A DNA stretch of 64,000 nucleotides from a virus. The notes under the pieces are model-generated. The model worked only from the letters and a program-made list of their open reading frames with translations. It made no database searches and had not been told where the DNA came from. The translations under genes and the position numbers were made by a program. This document shows positions 18,512 to 28,375 of the stretch, piece by piece (within the stretch, counting starts at the first letter, position 1; the number at the start of each line of letters is the position of its first letter). The DNA is taken from IMG/VR virus record IMGVR_UViG_3300009788_000088; one strand, given 5' to 3'.

Positions 18512-19488
18512 TTGACACTCTCAATCATCCTCATGCACATGGCCGTAAAAGGAATCTCCTTATCAGCCGCAAGAGAATCTTGAAACTGGTAATTGGACAT
18601 CATGACAATAATATCAGGAATAGCTTTCTCTGGGACATACTGTTCCAGCATAGCGAATATCTGACCATACAGATAGGTTGCATTCTGACCAACCCGCTCA
18701 GCGATGAACTGACGGACGGGCTTCCAACGTCCTTCCAGAATCAAGGTAAACAGTTCAGCTACGAGAGTAGCATCTTCCATAGCAATGGTACTCATAATAT
18801 TATCCCGACAAGCACCTTGGATAATATTCAAACACTTCCGCATATCCGGGTAATACTTGTTAATGATTTTAGCAAGGACTTCCTCCGAGTAATCAGTGAT
18901 ACCCTCATTCCCGAAAATAGCCTTGACCCTCTTAAAGAATGCTACCTTAAGGGCTTCTTCGTTATGCTGAAAGTCCTCAGAGAAATCCACCACCACACAC
19001 CGGGACTGAATGGGGTTAATGACCTTATGGAGATAATTCGTGGTCAGTATAAACCGACAGGTCTTGGCGGCCTCTTCCATGACAGCCCTGAGCGCAGACT
19101 GGGCATCCTGAGCGCCCATACGTTCGAACTCATCAAGGATAACAATCTTAAGCCCGTTCCCGGTAAGCGTCATTGTATTGGCGAAGTCCATCACATCATT
19201 CCTGATGACATCAATGGAGCTTTCGCTGGAAGCATTGATATAGAGGGTGTTATCTCTCCCAGCAATGGAATGTGCGAGAATGTAGGCAAGGGTTGTCTTC
19301 CCCAGCCCAGACTCCGGCGCATAAAACAGGAGATGTGGAATATTTTGAGTAACGATGAAAGATTTGAATTGTTGTCTGAGAGCTTCGGACATGACAGTCT
19401 CAGCAAGATTCATGGGCCTGTACTTCTCAGCCCAAAGAAAATGTTTTGGATTCTGGGTAAGGTCTCCTAATTTTGCCGCTGTCATCAC
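18508..19488 (-). CDS. gp44: Clamp loader AAA+ subunit
   Basis: WAEKYRP, GLGKTT, INAS, ILDE, AQSALR, SRC and PDMR motifs. Confidence 0.96.
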   Translation of the reverse strand: MMTAAKLGDLTQNPKHFLWAEKYRPMNLAETVMSEALRQQFKSFIVTQNIPHLLFYAPESGLGKTTLAYILAHSIAGRDNTLYINASSESSIDVIRNDVMDFANTMTLTGNGLKIVILDEFERMGAQDAQSALRAVMEEAAKTCRFILTTNYLHKVINPIQSRCVVVDFSEDFQHNEEALKVAFFKRVKAIFGNEGITDYSEEVLAKIINKYYPDMRKCLNIIQGACRDNIMSTIAMEDATLVAELFTLILEGRWKPVRQFIAERVGQNATYLYGQIFAMLEQYVPEKAIPDIIVMMSNYQFQDSLAADKEIPFTAMCMRMIESVK

Positions 19489-19766
19489 ATCTCCAATCTT
19501 CTCGCATGAACCCCCATAACAGAATTCCCATCAGGTAAAGGGGGTAAATAATGTTGAAGGAATGGCCAAGTTTCCGCCTTATACAGACCCTCTGCATTTT
19601 CGGTAGTGAATATATCACCGGGGGTAAGTTCACTCATTCGAACCTGATTGAACTTTTGGCCATCCCAACGATGTATGATGGCCAGCCCGTTTCCTTTTGG
19701 TAAGACCCCCGCTGATATCATCCCGGCCAAAACAGCCGTAGCTTTCAGAAAGTCACGTCTATCCAT
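19485..19766 (-). CDS. Small protein with a twin-arginine (Tat)-like signal
   Basis: MDRRDFLKATAVLAG followed by a hydrophobic stretch. Confidence 0.55.
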   Translation of the reverse strand: MDRRDFLKATAVLAGMISAGVLPKGNGLAIIHRWDGQKFNQVRMSELTPGDIFTTENAEGLYKAETWPFLQHYLPPLPDGNSVMGVHARRLEM

Positions 19767-19915
19767 CAATCCCACCCCGTGAAACGAGCGATCCAGTCCA
19801 ACAGAAATTTGGCGAACCGAATCCCAATCTGAACGAAAACTAAAAAAATGACCAGCCCAGCACCCACGAATGTCCACAACATCCAACTCGGTATCATGAG
19901 GTCCATAATGCCTCC

Positions 19916-20584
19916 TTATTCGGCTTGGAACGCTACGATGTAAATAAGAGTGTCCAAATCTTTGGGTATCCAACGAGCGAATCCCTGATTAGTGAATTGA
20001 ACCCGATAAGCATTAGGAAGCATGGTGATATTCTCCACGCTCACAAAATGTTCTTGATCAAACTTCCCGGTATCTACCTCATAGGTCAGACTGAAATCGC
20101 TCTTAGTTTTGTTGTCCTTATCCAACGTGGACAGAATAACCTTACCATTCCTGATTTCAGCCTTGATATCCGGCGTGTTTAGGATAGTGGAAGCCCGAAG
20201 CAATTCCTTGATATCATTTTGTTCCATGGAGATAGTAACAACATCATCCGGCATTGTCAATTTTTCCGGGTCCGGTGCTTCCTTGATTCCATCAATCGGC
20301 ATGAACCGATAGGTAGACCGTTTACCATTCCTCTTCAAGACAGCGTGTGAATCCTTGATATTCACATCTACTTCTTGACCACCCATCACCTCTACAATGG
20401 AAAGGAATTGTTTTACATCATAAATTCCGAACATAAACTTTTCAGGCTTATTCCAGATGTAATAAGCTACCACAGAACTATTCCGTTTCATCACCCTTAT
20501 TACACTCTCTCTAAACACAATCGAAGGGTTAATAAGAGAAAGATTTTGAAGAATCTTCAGGTCATCAGCTTCAAATAATTTCAT
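19916..20584 (-). CDS. gp45: Sliding clamp
   Basis: LKILQNLSLINPSIVF and FGIYDVKQFLS; 222 aa; upstream of gp44. Confidence 0.92.
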   Translation of the reverse strand: MKLFEADDLKILQNLSLINPSIVFRESVIRVMKRNSSVVAYYIWNKPEKFMFGIYDVKQFLSIVEVMGGQEVDVNIKDSHAVLKRNGKRSTYRFMPIDGIKEAPDPEKLTMPDDVVTISMEQNDIKELLRASTILNTPDIKAEIRNGKVILSTLDKDNKTKSDFSLTYEVDTGKFDQEHFVSVENITMLPNAYRVQFTNQGFARWIPKDLDTLIYIVAFQAE

Positions 20585-20784
20585 TTTGAATCCTCTTTAA
20601 CCATTAATTGTAAGGCAGATATGGCAACACCCACATCACTGGGATGAACGTCCACAGACATTACCTCCGTTATATTTCCCCAACACTTCGGGCCGAATAT
20701 CCTATAACCGCCGCTATCCTCATAATACAGGTAGACAGCTTCCCCACCGTTAGACCCCCGACAAAAACTTATTCGTGGTTGCAT
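20581..20784 (-). CDS. Hypothetical protein
   Basis: Overlapping gene chain. Confidence 0.5.
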   Translation of the reverse strand: MQPRISFCRGSNGGEAVYLYYEDSGGYRIFGPKCWGNITEVMSVDVHPSDVGVAISALQLMVKEDSK

Positions 20785-21035
20785 ATTCGGTATCCGTCGT
20801 CACATAATACATCGTTAACGTTCTTGACAAAGATTCTTAACCCCTCAAGGAACGTGGTCAGGGGAAGCTCCATATCAATATCAGCAATAGAGGTGGGATT
20901 ATTAAACTCTTTACAGAATGTGATTTTACCATCAGACCAAAAGGTCATATATATGGCGTTATACCGAAGCTTTAGTTCTTCGCCTTCAGCTTCGGTGAAT
21001 TCAAGAAGTTGTACCAGAAGTGGTTTGGCTGACAT
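20769..21035 (-). CDS. Hypothetical protein
   Basis: Overlapping gene chain. Confidence 0.5.
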   Translation of the reverse strand: MSAKPLLVQLLEFTEAEGEELKLRYNAIYMTFWSDGKITFCKEFNNPTSIADIDMELPLTTFLEGLRIFVKNVNDVLCDDGYRICNHE

Positions 21036-21570
21036 TGGATTTTCCCTTCCAAATTACCACGGGTTCATAATCAATTGCTTCTACAGATACACACACTCTA
21101 TCACAATCCCACTTTTTTGTTATAGCTTTTATTTCACGTCCACAACGTTGGTGATATTGGTGGGTGTGACCATGAATGTTAATCTTGCCATGGGGAATTT
21201 TTTTGAGGGGGTAGTGGGTAAAAATGAATTGATTCCAATCCAGTCTGTCGGCCACGAAAGTAAACTTGGATAGATAAAAACTCTTTGACCAACCATCGTG
21301 GTTGCCAAGGATAAGTCCCTTGACGCCGTTCAATTCAGCTAGAAGATCATCAAACTTTTCTTTTCCAGCCTTGGACCAGAAGAAGTCTCCCACGATAATA
21401 ACACGATCCTCCGACTGGACTACGGCATTCCATTTCTTAATCATGTGAGCGTTCATCTCATCATAATCCTGAAATGGTCTATTGCAATGTTTGATGATTT
21501 CTTTGTGGTAGAAGTGGTTATCCGCTATCGCCAGCAGTCTCACCCGGCACCTCTTTCGAAAGAGCTTCAA
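21001..21570 (-). CDS. Calcineurin-like metallophosphoesterase
   Basis: ADNHFYH, VGDF, GNHD, THYP and NIHGHTH motifs. Confidence 0.92.
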   Translation of the reverse strand: MKLFRKRCRVRLLAIADNHFYHKEIIKHCNRPFQDYDEMNAHMIKKWNAVVQSEDRVIIVGDFFWSKAGKEKFDDLLAELNGVKGLILGNHDGWSKSFYLSKFTFVADRLDWNQFIFTHYPLKKIPHGKINIHGHTHQYHQRCGREIKAITKKWDCDRVCVSVEAIDYEPVVIWKGKSNVSQTTSGTTS

Positions 21571-21835
21571 TCAACATTTTTTGAAATTGGTTATTGATAG
21601 AATCGATATCATCTTGGGTTAGCCACCGGAAAAAGCCTTCTTCTTTTTCAAACTCAGGCCGAATCTCTGTTTCCGTTTCCGCAAGGAACGGGGCCGTCTC
21701 CAATATCAACCGCCCGTCTTCCGATCTCCTGTAATACCAATCTAAAAATTGAGGCATGTTGTGTGGATTAGGATTCCTCTCATTCGGGGAATGTGGTGAT
21801 TTTCGTACACCCCGTTTCCGTTGCATACTCTCCAT
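21518..21835 (-). CDS. Hypothetical protein
   Basis: Likely start MESMQR with an AGGAGG RBS. Confidence 0.5.
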   Translation of the reverse strand: MESMQRKRGVRKSPHSPNERNPNPHNMPQFLDWYYRRSEDGRLILETAPFLAETETEIRPEFEKEEGFFRWLTQDDIDSINNQFQKMLIEALSKEVPGETAGDSG

Positions 21836-22268
21836 TTTGCAACCTCCTGAAGACTTCTTGGGAATGCTTATACTTGTATCCCTTACCGAAACCATAACCC
21901 CAGTTATACCGGGTAGCATTCCAGTTGACAATCCTCGTGAGCCAATAACCAATTTCAGCCCTCCAGCCATATCCACCAAGCTGAACACCAAGGAACATGT
22001 AGACTCCGATAACTGGATATCCTTTCCGGGCCACCGCTTCCATCAGCTTGGCGTCCGCCCGGAGACGAGACATGCGATTGCCACCCAGCCAATAGGTCTT
22101 GTCATGCTCAACACAATCTTCATACCAAGGAAGACGTGAAGACCATTTACCGAAGTATCTAACGATAGTCGGAGATAAAGTATTCCTGATAGCGGCTATT
22201 CTGGACCATAACCACGACATATTTCCGGAGCATCCATCCGTACCAAAAGGCTTTAATTTGTAATTCAT
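21780..22268 (-). CDS. Phospholipase A2-like protein (HD-x2-Y)
   Basis: TDGCS...CVEHDKTYWLGG...RADAKL pattern. Confidence 0.55.
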   Translation of the reverse strand: MNYKLKPFGTDGCSGNMSWLWSRIAAIRNTLSPTIVRYFGKWSSRLPWYEDCVEHDKTYWLGGNRMSRLRADAKLMEAVARKGYPVIGVYMFLGVQLGGYGWRAEIGYWLTRIVNWNATRYNWGYGFGKGYKYKHSQEVFRRLQNGEYATETGCTKITTFPE

Positions 22269-22346
22269 TACTTCTTCCCTGCTTTGTGACGACTTCCTTT
22301 AAGCCGTTTACGATGCTTGTGTTTACTCATCATTTTACGACGTTTT

Positions 22347-22691
22347 TTAATTACGCTTCCCATAACTACCTCCCTTGCCATGCATGGTTAAACGCCTCAG
22401 CGCTTCCTTTCGGGTTATTTTTTCATAATTTTTATGAAATAACTGCAACGGGAGCCACCCTCCACGACACGTTGCCGTATTTACCAAAAACACAAAAGCA
22501 TCATTTACTGCCATTACTAAAACCACCGAAGCTAATCCTTTAGTGCTATAATGTTTGGTTCCCACTTTCCTCGCCACGCCTAACAGCTTACGTGGATTGG
22601 GCCAATCATACAAATGATTAACCACTATCGGAAACATTTCTTCGATGGTTTCCTTCTCCACACTTTTCTTTGTTAACGCTTCTGGATACAC
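22347..22691 (-). CDS. Hypothetical protein
   Basis: AAGGAG RBS, downstream of a promoter. Confidence 0.55.
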   Translation of the reverse strand: MYPEALTKKSVEKETIEEMFPIVVNHLYDWPNPRKLLGVARKVGTKHYSTKGLASVVLVMAVNDAFVFLVNTATCRGGWLPLQLFHKNYEKITRKEALRRLTMHGKGGSYGKRN

Positions 22692-22715
22692 TGATTCTCC
22701 TTTAGCTATTCTCCT

Positions 22716-22743
22716 ATTATACCCATTTTTTTGTAAATGTCAA
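22716..22743 (-). promoter_or_regulatory. Sigma70-type promoter
   Basis: TTGACA-N16-TATAAT. Confidence 0.7.
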
Positions 22744-22745
22744 GT

Positions 22746-22964
22746 TTAATTATCATCATCCAGAATCCTACGACGTTTCAATTTAATAAATTCACACCCC
22801 TCATCGAACTCTGGAATACAAGGAAGTGGTGAGCCAATTTTAGAATTCATTTGCTCACACTGAATGCGCTCATCGCAAACAGCACAACATTTATCTTGAA
22901 CACCCAAAACACAAACCGTTGGTCGGGTCTGAGCAAGACATAATTTATCTACCTGATATTTCAT
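22746..22964 (-). CDS. Cys-rich hypothetical protein
   Basis: Start overlaps the upstream stop codon. Confidence 0.5.
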   Translation of the reverse strand: MKYQVDKLCLAQTRPTVCVLGVQDKCCAVCDERIQCEQMNSKIGSPLPCIPEFDEGCEFIKLKRRRILDDDN

Positions 22965-23260
22965 TATCCGGTTTTTTCCATACCTTCAGCAATCCGGTCA
23001 TCGGTCCTTTTCGCCTGATCTGCGTGACGATCAACCTCTGACTGGAGAACATCATATCCATCCCGACCCTCCAAATCATTTTTCATGGGGTCTTGGTGAG
23101 CCCACCCAGAACCTTTCAAATGAAACGGTATTAACTGAATCTGAATTCGGGTATCTTTATCACACTTGGGACACCACTCTTCCCGATCAAATTCACTGAT
23201 CTTTTTATCCACTTCAAACACTCGACTGCAATGATTACATTTATATTGATATGTGGGCAT
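22964..23260 (-). CDS. FmdB-family zinc-ribbon protein
   Basis: MPTYQYKCNHC...FE...CPKC...FHLKGSGW. Confidence 0.88.
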   Translation of the reverse strand: MPTYQYKCNHCSRVFEVDKKISEFDREEWCPKCDKDTRIQIQLIPFHLKGSGWAHQDPMKNDLEGRDGYDVLQSEVDRHADQAKRTDDRIAEGMEKTG

Positions 23261-23628
23261 TAGAGAACCCTCCAGAGCCACTGTCCCCATTTGATAATAA
23301 GGATAAATAAACCAACCACGACGGCAATACCAATCGCTAACCCAATTACTTCAATAACAGTATCACGCCAGAATAATATCTGTCCTTTAATGGCCATAGG
23401 ATGGCGACGTTTCCGGGTGCCGGGAGCCGGGGGTTTGGGAATTTTCGGAGGTCTCGCCTCGTGTGGGGTGATAATAGAAGTTGACCGTGGCGTTCCCGGT
23501 TTCCTGACAGCCGTAGTCTTTTTAGGTTCATTCCCCAACATTTTAGAAAGGGTGCCAGAAAGCGTTTCTTTAGTAGCCTCCTCGACAACCTCTTTAATTT
23601 CTTTTTTGGTTTTTTTGTCCAGTTTCAC
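23260..23628 (-). CDS. Membrane-anchored basic protein
   Basis: C-terminal transmembrane helix. Confidence 0.55.
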   Translation of the reverse strand: MKLDKKTKKEIKEVVEEATKETLSGTLSKMLGNEPKKTTAVRKPGTPRSTSIITPHEARPPKIPKPPAPGTRKRRHPMAIKGQILFWRDTVIEVIGLAIGIAVVVGLFILIIKWGQWLWRVL

Positions 23629-24175
23629 CGATCAATCCTTTCATCAATTCTTGAATGGCCAATGTTATCATATACGTGTCTGAAGAAATATTTATCTTCA
23701 CTAATTCAATAAGTGTGTGAACAGCGGCCTCTTTATCGTTGATAATATAATTAGTACACCCCCACACCCACCCCGGAATATCCTGTTTGTCGTACCCGTT
23801 GGCCCAGACCACAACCGGGAGTCCTATGGCCCTATGAAGGGTAATCTCCCCATGGGTGCCAGCACCCCTACGGACTCCCTCACAATATCGGACGAAAGAA
23901 CCGTGGCCGACACAAGTCATTATTATGTCCTTGTTTACGATTTCATAAATAGCGTCTTTATACTGAACAGAAGTCTTGTCGCCACTAGCGGCACTACACC
24001 GTTCTTCCAGTTCCTCCTGTCCTTTGGTGGGGTCTAATGTCTTGAAACCTTCGGCTTCAAATAACCCCGTAATATCATCCCACCAATCATGACCATCTTC
24101 GTTATGCTCAATGGACCCAGACAGATAAACACTCTTCGGAAAAATTTCATTCAAAATATCATCTTGTTCACTCAT
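23594..24175 (-). CDS. Nucleoside 2-deoxyribosyltransferase-like protein
   Basis: VYLSGSI, LDP, KDI, GTHGE and G-x-PV motifs. Confidence 0.7.
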   Translation of the reverse strand: MSEQDDILNEIFPKSVYLSGSIEHNEDGHDWWDDITGLFEAEGFKTLDPTKGQEELEERCSAASGDKTSVQYKDAIYEIVNKDIIMTCVGHGSFVRYCEGVRRGAGTHGEITLHRAIGLPVVVWANGYDKQDIPGWVWGCTNYIINDKEAAVHTLIELVKINISSDTYMITLAIQELMKGLIGETGQKNQKRN

Positions 24176-24177
24176 AA

Positions 24178-25188
24178 CTACCTCCCTAGTTTAATTCTCA
24201 CCACTGCTTCAACGCCCTTATAAGACCTGTAAGATGTTTTAAAATCTATATTCAGCCCCATTTGAATAGCCATATTGACATCTTTCGCCGGACAATCTGG
24301 GGGCCACACAAAAACCTTATATCCTAATTCAGCAAACTTGATTGATTTCTTTCGGCCGGTTTCATCGTTGTCGAAAACAAAACAAAAATTCCATGACTTG
24401 AGTGCCTTCTGATATTCAGCAGAAAAATCAGAACCGCACAATGCTATGGAATTAGATAAGAACATAGCATCAATGACACCTTCTGTCACATACACAACCT
24501 CAGTACCATCATGATTAACATTGAACATGTTCCAGATTTTGGGATGACCATCCAACACTTTGGTCAGATACTTTGGATACCCATCACCGTCTAACCTCCG
24601 AGCTTGGAATCCATAAATACGCTTCTCCGTCTTCCAAACAAAAGGAAGGATCATTCGTTGTTGGTAATCCCCTCTCTCAGCCATACAGAAGGAAACACCA
24701 TGATCTTTACACATCTCCATGGTGATAAGTCTATCGGTCAAATATACACGGACAGGGTGATCTTCTGGTAATTCCCAGACAGGTACGGTGCCTTTAGGTA
24801 ACTCAATCTCAAACTTCTTGACTTTTTCTTCAAACTCAATCTGCTCTTCTGGAATATGAACTTCAGGCGGCAATTGGGGACCATTCTTCTCTCGGTCCTC
24901 CAGCCACGCCGCTCCAATCTCTTGTTTGTATTGATGAAGCAAAGTGGGTTGTACTATTTCCATAAATTTCTCAAATGATATGCCCCTCTGATCACAATTG
25001 AAACATGAAAAAACTCTCATGTCCGGTTCAAACCAACCACGCTTCTTGTTGATATTACGCTTGGAATCCCCGCAAAGTGGACAACGGAAATTCCATTTTC
25101 CGGAGTGATGCCGCTTCAGTCCCTTGAGATTCATGTATCCGAGATACTTTTCCTGAATCTGCTTTACATCATATTCATACAGGCTCAA
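24178..25188 (-). CDS. gp61: DNA primase
   Basis: NFRCPLCGDS...CFNC zinc finger; FQAR; TOPRIM TEGVID, FDND and KDVN. Confidence 0.95.
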   Translation of the reverse strand: MSLYEYDVKQIQEKYLGYMNLKGLKRHHSGKWNFRCPLCGDSKRNINKKRGWFEPDMRVFSCFNCDQRGISFEKFMEIVQPTLLHQYKQEIGAAWLEDREKNGPQLPPEVHIPEEQIEFEEKVKKFEIELPKGTVPVWELPEDHPVRVYLTDRLITMEMCKDHGVSFCMAERGDYQQRMILPFVWKTEKRIYGFQARRLDGDGYPKYLTKVLDGHPKIWNMFNVNHDGTEVVYVTEGVIDAMFLSNSIALCGSDFSAEYQKALKSWNFCFVFDNDETGRKKSIKFAELGYKVFVWPPDCPAKDVNMAIQMGLNIDFKTSYRSYKGVEAVVRIKLGR

Positions 25189-25386
25189 ACGAACCTCCTT
25201 GGGGATTATGTCTTAATAATCTCCCCTATCTTTCGTGCGACTTTAAGTAGCACCCCGGAGATAAACGCTACGAATGCTGTGGCCGCACAAAAAATCATTG
25301 CGATGACTGACATCATTGTGAGAAATTCTAACATAATACGCCTCCTTGTGATAGGCTGTGAGATATTTCACAGCCTCCTTTTAAAT

Positions 25387-25394
25387 TATTTATA
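25387..25394 (-). promoter_or_regulatory. T4-type late promoter
   Basis: TATAAATA in an intergenic region. Confidence 0.55.
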
Positions 25395-25433
25395 TCACAG
25401 GTTGGCATTTTTTGTTACAACTTTTACGACTCT

Positions 25434-26618
25434 TTAATTCCATTCCATTTCCGCCATTGCCCTTAAAGTAAGTGCGGCCGTGTCCATGTCATCAATGACA
25501 GCTAATTTCTTCTGATTAGGATACATTATTGCTACAGGAATTTCAATACCCGTGTGATAGTATCCCAAAGATTCAGCATATGGGTCTTTCTCTTTGAAGG
25601 TAGCACTATTGATAGAGATACGCTTTTCATCATGCCTATGGAAGCTCTCTATGCTCCCTTCATGGAAATGTTCAAGAATACCAATGTCATAAGGCTCTTG
25701 TCCAAAATCATACATCCGCTTCCCGGCATTGTGCCTATTCAGTTTAGACATCCCCCAGAACTTATGACGGTGGTGAACCTTGTATCGAATTCCGTTGATG
25801 TCCAGTTTGACGATACCCCCGTCCTTGTAATACGGAAGATTCTTCCATGTGGCGAACTTTGCCATTTGGTCCACGAATGCATAGCGCTCTGTCCATGCCT
25901 CATGGTTACCACGAATCATCCACAGCACACGCCCTGCCAACATATCCAAAATATAAGCAACAAACTTGTATTGCATTTCAACCTTGAACTCACGTTGCTC
26001 CGTGGCAATGTTCAATTTCTGAATGATGAAGTTGTCGATAAGGTCTCCGCCAATAGCCACGAAAAGGTTGGGTGTGTCATTAATAAGTTCGACAACTTCT
26101 TTCAGATATTCATAATTAACTCCAGAACTCCCTAGATGAAGATCAGAAATTGCACAAAGCCCCACTGGATGAGTAGTCGTAATTTTGATAGGGGGTTTAT
26201 CTATATCAAAAATCCCCTCCTTCTTCTGCTTCGCAATGATTTCATTCAAAAGCTCTTCTGGACATTTTCCGGGGTCGTGTCCCTCTAATTTAATAGTGGT
26301 ATCCACGTTTAGGGGTTTCTTTTTATCCTTCCAATCTTTATCCACACTTTTCTTAGACCGTTGCTTCTTGGTTGATTTGTGTTTAGGATCGGGGCTACCC
26401 CCAGAAGCTTCATAACAAACATATCTTACAGTATTTTTACTGATTCGATAACCTTCACTTCTTAACTGAATAGCAATTTTATCATAAGACAATCCCTCAG
26501 TTCTAAGTTTCAATATTCTTTTGTGGAGTTGCTCCTTGCTAACCCGCTGTCCTTGATAAGATGGGTTACCATTTGTAACATTTCGTTTGTGAGGCTCTGG
26601 CGTTACAGTCATGCACAC
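25434..26618 (-). CDS. N-terminal HTH fused to a metallophosphoesterase
   Basis: GLSYDKIA...ISKNTVR helix-turn-helix; SDLH, GGD, GNHE and HFH motifs. Confidence 0.8.
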   Translation of the reverse strand: MCMTVTPEPHKRNVTNGNPSYQGQRVSKEQLHKRILKLRTEGLSYDKIAIQLRSEGYRISKNTVRYVCYEASGGSPDPKHKSTKKQRSKKSVDKDWKDKKKPLNVDTTIKLEGHDPGKCPEELLNEIIAKQKKEGIFDIDKPPIKITTTHPVGLCAISDLHLGSSGVNYEYLKEVVELINDTPNLFVAIGGDLIDNFIIQKLNIATEQREFKVEMQYKFVAYILDMLAGRVLWMIRGNHEAWTERYAFVDQMAKFATWKNLPYYKDGGIVKLDINGIRYKVHHRHKFWGMSKLNRHNAGKRMYDFGQEPYDIGILEHFHEGSIESFHRHDEKRISINSATFKEKDPYAESLGYYHTGIEIPVAIMYPNQKKLAVIDDMDTAALTLRAMAEMEWN

Positions 26619-26772
26619 CTCCTGTGTTTCATAAGGGACAGCCCCCTAATTTAGAGGGCTATGATATATACTCTCTTAAGTATATATGATTCAACAGGAA
26701 ATGTTATTAAATAATTTTAAGCTGGGAGAGGGCCAAACAGAAGGCTAACCCTCTCCCTGTTAGAGGCCGAAT

Positions 26773-27267
26773 TTACTGAAGTGTTTCGATAAGCATGTTA
26801 ATTTCAACAAGCGCACATCTGGCTTGATATCGAATTGGTTCACGTTCTGTTGTTGGATTAAGCTTTACTATCCGCTTCAATACGGGGCGCATTACAGCAA
26901 GCGCATCCATAAGGTTGGTGTGGGTTGATACCGTGAGACCCGCTGGAACTTTGATAGTCTTGGTCGGGCGTCCACGCTTCCGGGGTGGTTTCCTGAATTC
27001 TTTCGCACCTTTTTTGGTTACCTCATACACCCGGCGCTCAACCCGACGAATGAATTTGTTGGTAAGGAAGTTTTGAAAGATAAGTGTACGAGCACGGCCA
27101 AGATCAATGCCAGCCCTCATAAGGTCTTCGACGGTCACACCATCCAATATCAAAAAAACCAACTTGGCTTTACCAATGGCCGTCTTTTCGTGTACCAGTT
27201 CTTTATCCAACATCACCCAAAGCTCATCTACGTACTTTTGATATTCGGTGTCAGTCATATTAAACAC
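26773..27267 (-). CDS. Putative DNA-binding protein (winged-helix-like, with an AT-hook-like motif)
   Basis: YEVTKKG wing motif and RKRGRP; has its own promoter. Confidence 0.55.
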   Translation of the reverse strand: MFNMTDTEYQKYVDELWVMLDKELVHEKTAIGKAKLVFLILDGVTVEDLMRAGIDLGRARTLIFQNFLTNKFIRRVERRVYEVTKKGAKEFRKPPRKRGRPTKTIKVPAGLTVSTHTNLMDALAVMRPVLKRIVKLNPTTEREPIRYQARCALVEINMLIETLQ

Positions 27268-27281
27268 CTCCTTTGTATAGA

Positions 27282-27309
27282 AATATACCTCTTATTCAGA
27301 GAATGTCAA
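27282..27309 (-). promoter_or_regulatory. Sigma70-type promoter
   Basis: TTGACA-N16-TATATT. Confidence 0.6.
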
Positions 27310-27321
27310 GTAAAAACATGC

Positions 27322-27355
27322 AAAAAGGGAGCCTGTATGTACAGGCTCCCTTTTT
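27322..27355. terminator. Bidirectional intrinsic terminator
   Basis: AAAAAGGGAGCCTGTA-tg-TACAGGCTCCCTTTTT. Confidence 0.85.
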
Positions 27356-27480
27356 GGTCTTTCATTTCTTTTTAGATTGTCTTATTTTTTTATATTAACA
27401 GGTTATTTTGTTTATCTCATATATAACCTCCTTTCACTTGACTCAAAATAAATTTGTTTCTCTCAACCACTTACAATTCA

Positions 27481-27508
27481 AGTATAATCATTTTTGAACT
27501 GTTGTCAA
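27481..27508 (-). promoter_or_regulatory. Sigma70-type promoter
   Basis: TTGACA-N16-TATACT. Confidence 0.6.
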
Positions 27509-27517
27509 GTGAAAATT

Positions 27518-27841
27518 TTACACGGACACATAAACGGTTTTTACACCTTTGACGGCCGGGATGTGGGTGAAGAGTTTTCCGGGCACCACAAACATCTCCT
27601 TGCCTTTGATTTTCTTTGTGGGGCCAAGCCCCTCATAATCATCAAAAGCCGCCCAGTCGATCTGGTTGCCCAGATTCCCCAGCTTCTTGCCATCAGCATC
27701 ATGAACAATGGCATTCTTATTACCCTTATCCTCTTCAATGGTTTCTCTGGCCTCTTCCAATCGATTCATGGTTTCCTTCTCGGCCAATTCCTCTGCTTCG
27801 AAGCTTTCCAGCATAACCTCTTTTGGAGTTTTATTGCTCAT
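27518..27841 (-). CDS. Hypothetical protein
   Basis: Likely start MSNKTP with an AAGGAG RBS. Confidence 0.6.
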   Translation of the reverse strand: MSNKTPKEVMLESFEAEELAEKETMNRLEEARETIEEDKGNKNAIVHDADGKKLGNLGNQIDWAAFDDYEGLGPTKKIKGKEMFVVPGKLFTHIPAVKGVKTVYVSV

Positions 27842-28361
27842 ATCGTATTTCTCCTTTATCCATCTTATTGATGTAATAATGTACAATCTTTTTAATTTTA
27901 TCAATAATGTCTTCAACATCCGTATTAAGTGCCAACGCCAGCCCCTGCACAACATCTAACGGATCAAGACCCCTTTTCATACTTCTCTGAAACACCTTCT
28001 CTAAAATTTTCTTTGTATAATTAATCAATGATGTCCGTTTTAAAGGAACGCCGTTGATAAATCCAACCACTGGATTATTATAATCCTTTTTACAAAATTG
28101 GGTTCCTTCTAGTGCTTTCCAAAAAGGTCTGGCAGTTTCAATATCGTAATAAGACATTAGATCATCTATCATATGATCAACTGTTTGCCACTCCCCTCCT
28201 GTAATCATTTCCACCATCATAATAGTCAACACGTTGGTTGGGGGTAGGTCAATTACCTCTCCCCCGTTTTCTATTTCCCGATAATCCCCTAATTCACACA
28301 GAAAATCTATACCCTGAACCAAGTGAACCATTTCTGATGATTGCATTCTCGCTCCCGCCAT
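27831..28361 (-). CDS. Hypothetical late protein
   Basis: Immediately downstream of a TATAAATA box. Confidence 0.6.
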   Translation of the reverse strand: MAGARMQSSEMVHLVQGIDFLCELGDYREIENGGEVIDLPPTNVLTIMMVEMITGGEWQTVDHMIDDLMSYYDIETARPFWKALEGTQFCKKDYNNPVVGFINGVPLKRTSLINYTKKILEKVFQRSMKRGLDPLDVVQGLALALNTDVEDIIDKIKKIVHYYINKMDKGEIRYEQ

Positions 28362-28367
28362 TTTAAG

Positions 28368-28375
28368 TATTTATA
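28368..28375 (-). promoter_or_regulatory. T4-type late promoter
   Basis: TATAAATACTT. Confidence 0.75.
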
